A stretch of DNA of 64,000 nucleotides from an uncultured Chloroflexia bacterium (GCA_963768655.1 CAVYIM010000003.1:512001-576000), one strand, 5' to 3'. Shown: positions 1-8,842, counted from the first letter of the stretch. Notes: generated by a model from the letters alone, not told the origin. Made by a program: numbers and translations.

Positions 1-20
1 CTTGCGAATTGGCAGCTCGT

Positions 21-1482
21 TCATAGCGCGGACCGATGCCGGGACCAGTGGCGTGCGGCGCGCGTCGACATGATCCGCTTCTGCTCCGACCCAGTAGCAC
101 CGATGGGCCCCGAACGACCCGACGGGGACGAGCCTCCACGGATACTCGCGGCCACAGCCCGCTCGGCCGGACTCAGCCCCGATCCGGCGTAGTGGAAGCT
201 CCGCCGGATGACGACCTGGTCGCCGACGGCCTTGGCACGGATCTGGGTGAGCCAGGGGTCGGCCGCGGCTCGATACTCCGCCCGGACGGCTCGCAACGCC
301 GCGAAGGTGACCGAGTAGCGACGGGCCTTGGTCAGGAAGTGGCCACGGAAGCCCAGGTTATGGGCCCAGCGTGGGCTCAGGGTCCAGGCCGATCGCATCA
401 GCGCGCGGGCATGATCCGAGAGTTCGGCTCGCTCGATCACTCCCTCCACCCGGATCCGTCGGTCCAGACCACCGCCTGATTGCGCGTCCTTGGTGGCGTA
501 CTTGGCGAGGTAGCCCGCGACGCCGGCTCCGTGCCCCTCGCCGGCGCGCTGGCCACCGGTGTTCAGCGGTCTCGTGTCGATCTGGCTACCCCAGCGGATC
601 ACGAGCTCACGTCCACCCGGTCCCGCCACCGTGACCGCTACGCGCGCCGCGGTGCGGGCGACGGCCTCCGCTAGACGCTGCGCCGTCGCTCCGCCCGCGG
701 GCGCGGTGTCGGGACCGTCGGGGCCGTCGAGCCGGATGACCGCATGGACGTGTACCGATCCACGGGCCTGGAACTCGGCGACCTTGGCATAGGCGACACG
801 GACCTGGGCTCGCAGGGCCGCTACGCTCAGATCCGCTCAAGGCTGCGAGCTCGCGCGGCAGGTACGTGATCGTTCGCCGCCACAGGGCTCCAAGGTTCGC
901 GTTCCACAGAGCCGCGGCCTCGTAGTCATAGCAGTCCGGACAGATTGCCTGGCCGATCCGGGGATCGTCCTCGGCGTGACGATCGAGACAGCGCATCGGG
1001 ATGCCGTGCGAGCAAACCTCTGCCTGGCCACCGAGCCGGCAGCTGCGGACGCCACCGGCATCGACAACTCGGCGATGCACCGCCCCGAACGAGGGTGCGG
1101 TGAACGTCGCGAAGACGAGCGGGTGCGAGGCAACCGCGGAGGAGACTCCTCGGGCCTCGTCGCCTCTGAGTCCCGCTGCGACGAGGAAGTAGGCGTCGCG
1201 GCGATACCGCTCCGAGCAGGGCGGACAGCGCGACTCGCGTCGGTTGCCACAGGCGACGAGGACGAAGCCTGGGGCCTGAGACCGCGTCGATCGCCGGGCG
1301 ACGACTGCGCCGGTCCTTGCCGAGACCGCCACCGACTCGCCTTCCAGGCGGATCGGCGAGGTGCAGCCGCCGGTCCGCCGGATCAGTTCCACGACCGCCG
1401 GTGCGCCGGCTCCGTAGCGGTGCGCGAGGACCGCGAGCGGCGCCGGCGATAGAAGCGGCGATGGGGACGCAGGAGGAACCAC
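21..1482 (-). CDS. repSA: RepSA-type (pSAM2/AICE) rolling-circle replication initiator, with a +1 frameshift near 831
   Basis: The N-part (GGCTSPIRL, CGNRRESRCPPCS, FATFTAPSFGAVH, CPDCYDY) joins, after removing one base at ~831, to YAKVAEFQARGSVHVHAVIRLDG (HUH motif) and YLAKYATK (catalytic Tyr) in the 21..629 frame. Start is approximate. Confidence 0.85.
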
Positions 1483-1493
1483 GGGGACCGGTC

Positions 1494-1919
1494 CTAGCCG
1501 GCCTGCTCGGGGCGGCGCAGAGGCTGCGGGACCTGGGCCTTCGGTGTCGCTGCGCGGACGGCGGTGGCCCGGAACGACCACGCCAGGCGCGGGCGAGAGC
1601 CCGAGGTATCCACGTAGCCGGTTGCCGTCAGGCCCTCGAACGAAACGGCCGGGAACGGCGATCCCGCCGGCGCCTGTGGCAGAACGGGCGGGTTGCGGGC
1701 CGCGATCTTGACCTTCACGACCTTGGTCCGCGCCTCGGGATCGGCGTCGAACACCGAGATCGCCCACAGTGGCAGACCAGTTTCGCGATCGTGCGCCTGG
1801 ACACGCTGCTCTGGCGTAGAGGCATCGAAGTCGATGACTTGCTCTACGGCTCCGATCGCGTATGCCCCCGAAGGGAAGACCTGGTCCATCGTGACGGGGA
1901 TGTGTCTGCCAATTGCCAT
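1494..1919 (-). CDS. pra: Plasmid replication, integration and excision activator (Pra-like)
   Basis: VFPSGA...DRETGLPLW.ISVFDADPEAR..VKVKIAA..PPVLP..P..SPF..V.FEGLTAT.YV...RLAWSFRA matches the AICE Pra family. AGGAGG RBS; lies directly upstream of repSA. Confidence 0.8.
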   Translation of the reverse strand: MAIGRHIPVTMDQVFPSGAYAIGAVEQVIDFDASTPEQRVQAHDRETGLPLWAISVFDADPEARTKVVKVKIAARNPPVLPQAPAGSPFPAVSFEGLTATGYVDTSGSRPRLAWSFRATAVRAATPKAQVPQPLRRPEQAG

Positions 1920-2116
1920 GTCATGACCTCCTTGTCTGATTTCGAACAGCCAGAATCAGCCGACGCTTTGCTCACAGCTATCGCAAGCTGAGGAGCTCGT
2001 GCGGCTCCGAAAACTGGGGGCGAGCGCTCGTTCTTCGGTCCGGAATGCCTTACCGGGACCTGGGCCAGTCGCCATCCAAGACGCTAGGCCGACCAACCGG
2101 GAGAGTCAAGGCTTCT

Positions 2117-2138
2117 GCGTACCATCCCGCGTACCATC
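2117..2138. repeat. 10-bp direct repeat GCGTACCATC x2 (period 12), possible integrase arm-type site
   Basis: Copies at 2117-2126 and 2129-2138. The function is inferred. Confidence 0.3.
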
Positions 2139-2306
2139 GGCGACAAATTCCGATGAAATCACCGTCATGAGGTGTGGAGACGTCACCCCTGAGCTAGAAC
2201 GACAGCCGAAAGGGTCCTCGAAGCCGACAGGCGCACGCTGGAGAGCGGAACCGTTTGCGACTTCGTCGGATCGCTGCGACCGGCGAGTGTGGCCCGATGC
2301 GCGGGG

Positions 2307-2720
2307 TCATCGGGCGGGTTCGCCTCCTATCGCCGCGATCCGCTCATGGAGGTCGCCGGGAGGGGCGGGGCTTGTTACAACTTTCTCTACTGCATCAAGA
2401 CCCGTGATCGTGCCTGCGGAGCGGGCGGCGCGGGCCGCCAGCGAAACATCGGCTCGATCTTCCATGGTGTAGACGTCGGTGCAGTTCTGGCTGCCGGCGG
2501 GTGACGGCGCGATGGGTGCAACGGTGCTCGGCGCTATGGACGCGGACGCGCTGGGCATGCTTTCGGACGAGATCGCAATGATCGAAGGGGTGGGTCCGGG
2601 CGTTGGGGATGCTGCCATGGATCCGGTGGAGGCGACCCGGATGGACAGAGCCGCCAACACGAAGACTACGAGGACTGCGATCAGTGAGAGAGCAGGATTT
2701 GCTCGGCGCACGGTTTTCAC
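2307..2720 (-). CDS. Membrane-anchored/secreted protein; shortened paralog of 3016..3738
   Basis: N-terminal hydrophobic segment, Ser/Pro linker, then a C...TITG...AVEKVV...IAAIGG pattern. The GTG start overlaps the upstream stop (GTGA). Confidence 0.55.
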   Translation of the reverse strand: MKTVRRANPALSLIAVLVVFVLAALSIRVASTGSMAASPTPGPTPSIIAISSESMPSASASIAPSTVAPIAPSPAGSQNCTDVYTMEDRADVSLAARAARSAGTITGLDAVEKVVTSPAPPGDLHERIAAIGGEPAR

Positions 2721-2959
2721 GGGTAGACCGCCTTGATGCCCGAAACGTCACCAGACTGGGGCGTGTAGAAGTTCTCCGGTCCCTGTTTCATGATTTCTGT
2801 AAGGCCGGTGTGGCCAAGGCCCTCCGCGTGACCGAACTCGTGGGTAAGGACTTTGCGCGAGTCGGCGTGGTAGACGTTGCAGCCGCAGGTGGGGTCGTAC
2901 GGATCCGACCAGTCGAAGCCGGGGCGCCTCAGCGCACCAGGCTTGCGGCAATCGGTCGC
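2717..2959 (-). pseudogene. Matrixin/metzincin Zn-metalloprotease C-terminal fragment (not in the ORF track)
   Basis: Manual translation: ...YHADSRKVLTHEFGHAEGLGHTGLTEIMKQGPENFYTPQSGDVSGIKAVYP*. This gives HExxHxxGxxH plus a Met-turn. There is an in-frame TGA at 2960-2962 and no start codon before the motif. Confidence 0.8.
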
Positions 2960-3015
2960 TCATGCCCCGCTCCGGCCCGAGCGGAGCCTGGGCCGTGGCC
3001 AACATGGGCCAGGAG

Positions 3016-3738
3016 CTACGGCACGCGGGAGGTCGACAGCAGCGCACTCGGCGACATCTGACTCCCATCCGGCAGGACTACGCTGCCATTCGTGATGGGC
3101 CAGTTGTCGACCACATCGAAGTCGGCGGCGGGAGCAGCCGTTAGCGATGGCTGGCTCTTGGATGTCAGGAACCAAATGGCACTCAGGCCGACCGAAGCGT
3201 CCGGCTGGCCTGACAGGATGTATGTGCTGCAGCCGACCATGCCGCCGAAGATGCGGACGCGAACCTGACCACCGGCGACTGCCTTGGCAACAGACGAGGC
3301 GTCCGTCTTGCCAACGCCAGTGACCGCGACGGTGACGACCCGATAGACGTCCGTGGCTTCTGGGTTCTTGGTAGGCCTGGAGCCGTCAGCCGTATCAAAC
3401 CGACCGGCACTTACCGCAACGATCGAACCGCTGACCACCGCATCGGAGTGGGCGCTCCAGTCCTTGACGGATGGCTGCAGGGTGAGCGGCTCGGAGATCA
3501 CGGTCTGGCAAGCGGATGAACTGGCTGGCATGACCGAGGCGGCTTCCGACCCCGCAGCTCCGGGGCTACTCGATGGATCTTGGACTGCACCGGCAACCGA
3601 AGTTCCAGACGGGGCGGCGGGCTCTCCGGTCGAGTAGACCCGTGGCAGTATGACCACAACCGCGAGAATGGCGACGATGACGGCGGCGGCCCCAACTTGA
3701 GCTGCCTGACGACGTCCTGGTTGACTCTGACTCCGCAT
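3016..3738 (-). CDS. Membrane-anchored extracellular protein, possible TIMP/NTR-like beta-barrel
   Basis: TM helix, Ser/Ala/Pro linker, then SDAVVSGSIVAV...YRVVTVAV...VRVRIFGGMVG...IWFL. The fold is an inference from the pattern. Confidence 0.7.
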   Translation of the reverse strand: MRSQSQPGRRQAAQVGAAAVIVAILAVVVILPRVYSTGEPAAPSGTSVAGAVQDPSSSPGAAGSEAASVMPASSSACQTVISEPLTLQPSVKDWSAHSDAVVSGSIVAVSAGRFDTADGSRPTKNPEATDVYRVVTVAVTGVGKTDASSVAKAVAGGQVRVRIFGGMVGCSTYILSGQPDASVGLSAIWFLTSKSQPSLTAAPAADFDVVDNWPITNGSVVLPDGSQMSPSALLSTSRVP

Positions 3739-3837
3739 TTCCCACCCCTTCCGCCAAGAGCGGTCGCTCCGAGATCGGCGCTCTCTATGAGTGAGGACAT
3801 CCTGTCGCCTAGAGGCGCGGCAACGGCGCAACCTGCC

Positions 3838-3960
3838 TTACCAAGTCGGCCTTGATTTTGGTGGAACGCACGACACGCAGAAACTCGAGTTGTAGAGGAA
3901 CTGCAGACCCGCGACGTCGCCGCCGGAACTCTGCGCCACTGTGGTCGGAGTTTCTCCCAT
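3838..3960 (-). pseudogene. Possible degraded matrixin C-terminal remnant
   Basis: ...M...QSSGGDVAGLQFLY resembles the last helix of the 2717-2959 fragment (QSGDVSGIKAVY). It sits in the same position relative to the downstream partner gene. Confidence 0.35.
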
Positions 3961-4135
3961 GTATACCGAATTCGGCCAACTCGGGTACAGGGCTAGAGCT
4001 ATGGTGCGCCAGCTATTGAGACAGAAAGCCAGCAGGAACACGAGGCCTCATCGGGCGGTCGCATGAGACCAGTGGCCGCCGCAGACGAGTTGGCATGCGA
4101 GTGCCAATGGGACATTCAGGTCGCCACGCGCCGCA

Positions 4136-4151
4136 ACTCCTCTCGCCCCGA
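4136..4151 (+). repeat. Second copy of putative att core ACTCCTCTCGCCCCGA
   Basis: Exact 16-bp match to 4311-4326. Confidence 0.75.
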
Positions 4152-4195
4152 AGACACCCAGCACATCCGATGACCCACGGACGAGAGCCAACGCG

Positions 4196-5788
4196 TCATG
4201 CACAGCGCACCGAGCGCAGAGGCGGCCTGGCGCCGCCCATAGTCACGAGCACGCGGCCCCGGTGGAGACGTGGGATCCAGATCCCCGAGGAGCGGGTTAG
4301 CCTAGGCCCGACTCCTCTCGCCCCGACCATAACAACCAATCGAGCCCCATTCCAGGCCCCGTCCCACCCTTGAGCCTTCGCTGACGCGCTCGGGTGCAGC
4401 CTCACTTTCCGAGACCCCAGCACATCGATACGCTCGAAGAGAGCCTCCGCTAGCAGCTTGCGACCGGACGGCTCGGCGTCATCCCAGAGCTTGGGCAACT
4501 CGCGAAGCGACTCGACTGCCTCTTGCGGTGTCAGCCCGCCGGCGCGTTCGCCTCTGGCGGCCTGCTCTTCCTGATCGAGCGCCCGCATGGTCGCCTCGAG
4601 GGCATCCGGGTCGCGGTCGCGGCGGTAGCGGGCCATGGCGGCATCACGATCGCGCTCGATGCGCGCGAGGGTCACCGGATCGGGTCCGGACTCATCGGCG
4701 CCGAGCCGGTCAACGACGGCACCCGCAAGCTCGGCATTGGCGCTGACATAGCCCAGAGCCTGGCGGACGAGCCCCTCGAACGCCTCGGCTGGATAGCTCA
4801 CGCCCTTGTGGCGCTTGTCGGTCGAGTTGCGAAAGACCCGTGGCGCGGGCCGTCCGGCGCCCAGCCAATCAGGGCAAGGGAAGTTGTGCCGATAGCGGGC
4901 TTGCTGGCCGATGAGGTGACGGCCGCAGGCGGCGCAGTGGAGCATCGAGAGCGCATAGGGCCGCCGGGTTGTCGGGCGGCCCGGATGGCGGCGGCTGAAC
5001 CGGGAGCGGGCGAGCTGCACGCGGTCCCAGGTGAGCTGATCGATCACGGCCGGAACACGAGTCGCGGTGCCATCACGCAGCCGGCCGATATAGACCGGGT
5101 TGGTCAGGATGCCCCGTGCGGTGTAGAACGGCAGTCCTGTCGCCTCGGCGACTTGCGCGTCGGTCATGCCCTCGGCCGCAGCTGCGAAGGCGGCGCGGAC
5201 CCGCTCGATCTGGGCGGGCACCGGCTCCAGGACCGGCGGCCTGCCGGATCTGATGTAGCCGTATGGCGGCTGGCCGCCGGGCTCACCCAGACGGCGGCGC
5301 TTGGCGGCGAGACCCTCGGATACGCGACGGCCGAGCTTGCGGCTGTAGGACTCGGCCTCGTGAGCCTCCCGCACGAAGTCGTCCCAGCGGTCCGAGTCGG
5401 TGCTGATGATCCGCTCGTCGCAGAACAGGACCGCTACCCCGGCGGCGTGGAGGTCATCGACCGCGATGAGGGTTTGCTTGAGGTTGCGCTGGAAGCGGCT
5501 CACATACCCGACCAGGAGCAGGTCGTATCGGCCTGCTCGCGCGGCTTCGGTCATTGCCGCGAACTCGGGCGCCTGGTACACGGTCCGGCCCGAGGCGGCG
5601 CTCTGCCAGACAAGCCCGGTGTCGACGAGGCCAAAGCGCTCGATGGTCCGGTCCTGAAGCTCGCGCTGGGAGTCCGGACCCCAGTTGTCGTACTGCCCGG
5701 TGGTGGACTCGCGTACCCAGCGGGCCACGCGTAGCCCGGCGATCTGGTCGGTGGAGCGGGGCAGGGCGTGCACGATAGGGCGAGTCAT
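4196..5788 (-). CDS. Large serine recombinase (serine integrase)
   Basis: N-terminal resolvase domain (WVRES..Q, VGYVSRFQRN), recombinase domain (GGQPPYGY, ILTNPVYIG), Zn ribbon (LHCAACG...FPC) and coiled coil. Confidence 0.95.
   Translation of the reverse strand: MTRPIVHALPRSTDQIAGLRVARWVRESTTGQYDNWGPDSQRELQDRTIERFGLVDTGLVWQSAASGRTVYQAPEFAAMTEAARAGRYDLLLVGYVSRFQRNLKQTLIAVDDLHAAGVAVLFCDERIISTDSDRWDDFVREAHEAESYSRKLGRRVSEGLAAKRRRLGEPGGQPPYGYIRSGRPPVLEPVPAQIERVRAAFAAAAEGMTDAQVAEATGLPFYTARGILTNPVYIGRLRDGTATRVPAVIDQLTWDRVQLARSRFSRRHPGRPTTRRPYALSMLHCAACGRHLIGQQARYRHNFPCPDWLGAGRPAPRVFRNSTDKRHKGVSYPAEAFEGLVRQALGYVSANAELAGAVVDRLGADESGPDPVTLARIERDRDAAMARYRRDRDPDALEATMRALDQEEQAARGERAGGLTPQEAVESLRELPKLWDDAEPSGRKLLAEALFERIDVLGSRKVRLHPSASAKAQGWDGAWNGARLVVMVGARGVGPRLTRSSGIWIPRLHRGRVLVTMGGARPPLRSVRCA
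4311..4329 (+). other. Putative att core resembling the tRNA-Pro 3' end, inside the recombinase gene
   Basis: TCCTCTCGCCCCGACCA resembles the T-stem/acceptor/CCA end typical of bacterial tRNA-Pro, but is not preceded by a GGTTCRA T-loop. It encodes MVGARG in the recombinase. Confidence 0.65.
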
Positions 5789-5968
5789 AGCTCAATCACG
5801 GCATAGAGTCCAGAGACCGGCGGCCGGCCCGGCGGGCGTGAGCCTGGCGGATGCAGACCGCCAGCGCCCGGACCAGCGGGTCAGGGGCAGCCAACCCGGC
5901 GGACTCCCGCGCCGGAACCAGCCGGCCCTGACGTTGCCCGGCTCCGTTGGACCGCCGGGCCTGGCCGC

Positions 5969-6874
5969 TCATCGGGCCTTGCCGCCTTGCCGGCCGGCTC
6001 TGGCTGGCTTGCGGCCGGCTGCAGGGTTCCGGCTGGGGCCGTGCGTGCTGGCACCACCCTGGACCTTGGCTGGTCGCGCGCCGGATGTAGCTGGCTTTCG
6101 GCTGGGCGCTGGCTTGCGGGCGGCTGAACGTCTGCCGGACGAGGCTGGCTTGGGGTTGGCCGTTGGCTTGCCGCCCGGTTTCGTCGAGCTTCCTCGCTGG
6201 GCACGGGGGCCAGCCTGGGCCAGCCTGGTGCTGGCCAGGCGGACCGCCCGCTGGGCCACGTCTCCACCGACCACGCTCGCTCCCCGCTCTGCGGCTCCCA
6301 CCAGCAGGGCTCCCGAGCCGCAGAAGGGGTCCACCACCAGGGAACCCCTGCCAATGGCGGCCATCGCGGCTAGCTCACGGCCCAGGCCATCGGGCTTCAT
6401 CGTCGGATACCGTCCAGCCGTGCCAGGCCCGACAGCGGCCACCGATACGAGATCAACGCCAGAGAGAGTCCGGGAGCCAGCAAGGCGCCCAACCAGCACG
6501 AACTCGGTCTGGTGGCGCAGGCCAGCCCCGAGCCCTGGGTACTGACGGTCCCAGGTGATGGTCCGGATGCCGGAGAAGCCAGCCCGCTCCAAGGCGCCGA
6601 TGGCCTCGTGCAGGCCGTCGTTGTTGGTCATGGCCATGAGGACCCCATGGGGCTTGAGCTTGCGGCGGGCAAGCGCGAAGACCCGCCCGATCTGGGGCCA
6701 GGTCAGGCCGCCCGTGAACCAGTCGCGCAGGTGACCGCTGGTCGGGCTGCGGTTGATGCTCGTATACGGCGGGTCCGTGATGACGAGATCGATCGAGCGA
6801 TCGGGCAGCGAGCCCAACAGGCGTTCGGCCGAGACCAGCTCGACGCGGACACGCTCGGACGGCTTAGTGCTCAT
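5969..6874 (-). CDS. Beta-class N4-C/N6-A DNA methyltransferase with a basic C-terminal tail
   Basis: IDLVITDPPY (motif IV) precedes YPTMKP and VVDPFCGSG (motif I). ATG at 6874 has a GGGAGGA RBS and overlaps the Rep stop. No cognate restriction nuclease is adjacent. Confidence 0.9.
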   Translation of the reverse strand: MSTKPSERVRVELVSAERLLGSLPDRSIDLVITDPPYTSINRSPTSGHLRDWFTGGLTWPQIGRVFALARRKLKPHGVLMAMTNNDGLHEAIGALERAGFSGIRTITWDRQYPGLGAGLRHQTEFVLVGRLAGSRTLSGVDLVSVAAVGPGTAGRYPTMKPDGLGRELAAMAAIGRGSLVVDPFCGSGALLVGAAERGASVVGGDVAQRAVRLASTRLAQAGPRAQRGSSTKPGGKPTANPKPASSGRRSAARKPAPSRKPATSGARPAKVQGGASTHGPSRNPAAGRKPARAGRQGGKAR

Positions 6875-8336
6875 AGGGCAGTCCTCCCTCAGGCGGTGGA
6901 GTCCAGGCATACCCTCCACCGGGTAGCCGGTGCGTTTCGAGGCGGCGACGAACGATCGGGAACTCCCAGTCGTCTTCGGTCGTGGCGGCGCCGCAGGTGG
7001 GGCAGATGCGCGGCACGCGGTATTGCTCGAAGCCGAGGTCTCGCAGGACCAGCTCGTCGGCACGCGGCGGTTCTTGCTCTTCGACCTGGACGCGGTAGAG
7101 CGAGCCGAAGCCGGAGACGAGCTTCTGGCGGCGGGTGGCCCAGACGTACTCCCCGATCCGCTCGGGGTCGAGTGAGTCGACGATCCCGTGGGGCTTGCCC
7201 ACGTACTTGAGGACCTCTCGGATCGCACCCTGGCGCGCGGCCGGATCGTCGCGGCTGACGGCCTCCACCCAGACCGACCAGGAGCCCTCGCAGCGCGAGC
7301 TACGGCCATGGCGGCAGTGCTCCCGCTTGCAGGTGATGGTCTGCCAGGTGTCGCGCATCTCGCCCCAGTCGATCCAGGGCGAGTCCATGAGGGTGTGGAG
7401 GTGGGGATGCCAGGTCATCGTGTCTTCGGCGAAGGTGAGATCGCAGGCGACGGCGCCTCCGGCGACCCGCTCGTGGCGATAGGTCTCGCAGTTGCGGTCG
7501 CGGCGGTGGCCCGCATGGACGCATTGCCGCGGGCAGCCTTGGGCGTGGACTTCGCTTGGCGGGTGCACCGGGCAGCGGCTCCGCTGTCGGCCGGTCCGGG
7601 TGGGGCAGCCGGGTTCGCAGCCGGCGGCATGCGCCTCACCCCCGCGGGCGCTGCAGCCCTCGACGCAACGAGGCAGCCGGCAGTCCGGCGCCGCTACCGG
7701 AAGATGGCAAGGATGACCGGGCGCGCCGTCGGGTTCGCCATCGGGTCCGAGGGCGGGCCAGCGCCAGCGGCACGCTCCGCCCGCGATGATGGCCCGGCGA
7801 CGGAGCCTACCGAAGTCGCTCCTCAGCCGCCGAATGCCGGCCTCCAGCTCACCCTGCGCGACGTTGCGAATGGTGAACGTCCAGAAGGCCGGCCGCGCCA
7901 TCTTCTGGGCGAGAGCGTCGTATCGCTCCAGAAGACGGGCCACTCGGGCTCGTTCGCAGTCGGGACAACCCCGGACGTGGCAGGAGAAGGGCGTAGCGAC
8001 GCCAGACCCGCAGCCCTGATGGACGAGAACCCGGACCTGGGTGCAGTCGCGCAGGGCTCCGGCCCGCTCGTCGAACCAGAAGGCGCGCTCCACCTCGCGC
8101 TCCTCGTGAGCGCGACGGCCGCACTCGGAAAGAACATCCGCGAGGTCGAGCTTCGACGCCTCGCGTTGCGCCGGATCGCGGAAGAGCTTGGAGAGTGGGT
8201 CCGCTTGTCCTCTTTGGCGCCTTCTGCGGGCCGATTTCGTGCTGCCACTGTTGGCTTGGTGCCATGTATGGACAGAAGTGGGATGCGCGCGCCGGGCGGG
8301 GACGGGAGCAGTTGCGAGCGCCACCAGACCGTTCAC
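6864..8336 (-). CDS. HUH rolling-circle replication initiator (Rep_1-like) with Cys/His-rich insertions
   Basis: N-terminal C..C..CxxxxCPxC, motif I FWTFTIRN, motif II WHPHLHTLM, motif III EVLKYVGKP, RRQKLVSGFG, and a C-terminal CPTC. Confidence 0.85.
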   Translation of the reverse strand: MNGLVALATAPVPARRAHPTSVHTWHQANSGSTKSARRRRQRGQADPLSKLFRDPAQREASKLDLADVLSECGRRAHEEREVERAFWFDERAGALRDCTQVRVLVHQGCGSGVATPFSCHVRGCPDCERARVARLLERYDALAQKMARPAFWTFTIRNVAQGELEAGIRRLRSDFGRLRRRAIIAGGACRWRWPALGPDGEPDGAPGHPCHLPVAAPDCRLPRCVEGCSARGGEAHAAGCEPGCPTRTGRQRSRCPVHPPSEVHAQGCPRQCVHAGHRRDRNCETYRHERVAGGAVACDLTFAEDTMTWHPHLHTLMDSPWIDWGEMRDTWQTITCKREHCRHGRSSRCEGSWSVWVEAVSRDDPAARQGAIREVLKYVGKPHGIVDSLDPERIGEYVWATRRQKLVSGFGSLYRVQVEEQEPPRADELVLRDLGFEQYRVPRICPTCGAATTEDDWEFPIVRRRLETHRLPGGGYAWTPPPEGGLPYEH

Positions 8337-8557
8337 GGCTGTGCGCCCCGCCGTTCACACTTAGGGCGCGAAGTGGGCCGATGGCCCATCGCAGGAGTGA
8401 AAGAGGCCTGGCGTGCCTTCAGAGCGCCAGACGCGGGATGATCGGGCCTACTCGCGAGACTCAGACGCTTGCGGCACAGATCGGTGCAGGTCCGACGGTC
8501 TGCCCGGCTCCATGTCGGGAGGGGCGTGCCACAGGAGCGGCAGCGGCCCTTGTTCAT
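8333..8557 (-). CDS. Small Zn-finger protein
   Basis: CRSCG...RADRRTCTDLCRKR. ATGA and GTGA overlaps with both neighbours. Confidence 0.7.
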   Translation of the reverse strand: MNKGRCRSCGTPLPTWSRADRRTCTDLCRKRLSLASRPDHPASGALKARQASFTPAMGHRPTSRPKCERRGAQP

Positions 8558-8751
8558 TGGAGGAACCTCGTCGCAAGGACCGCGCCCATGGCTTCCGCGT
8601 CAGAGCGCAACCTCGTCTCGCAGGCCCGGCAACGCGGCCGGCTGCACTTCGCTCGGGATTTCCAGGCATGGCCGCAGCGGGCGCAGACACGCCACGGCCG
8701 GAGCGTCACCTGGACCGTCAGAACCGCTGTTTCGTCTCGCACGCTTGTCAT
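8554..8751 (-). CDS. Small Zn-ribbon protein
   Basis: CARCGHAWKSR....PRCRAC. First gene of the coupled minus-strand operon; start chosen from the RBS. Confidence 0.7.
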   Translation of the reverse strand: MTSVRDETAVLTVQVTLRPWRVCARCGHAWKSRAKCSRPRCRACETRLRSDAEAMGAVLATRFLQ

Positions 8752-8842
8752 CTCGACCCTCTCGTTCGTCGGGCGCAGAGGGTTTCTTACAGCGACAATT
8801 GACGTCGAGGCAAACCAGCCGGCCTCGCGGCCGAGCAATGCT

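Noticed and set aside
2317-2341. Third, degenerate tRNA-Pro-like att core (19/25 to a generic tRNA-Pro end)
   Set aside because: It coincides with the IAAIGG coding motif shared with the paralog; probably chance at high GC.
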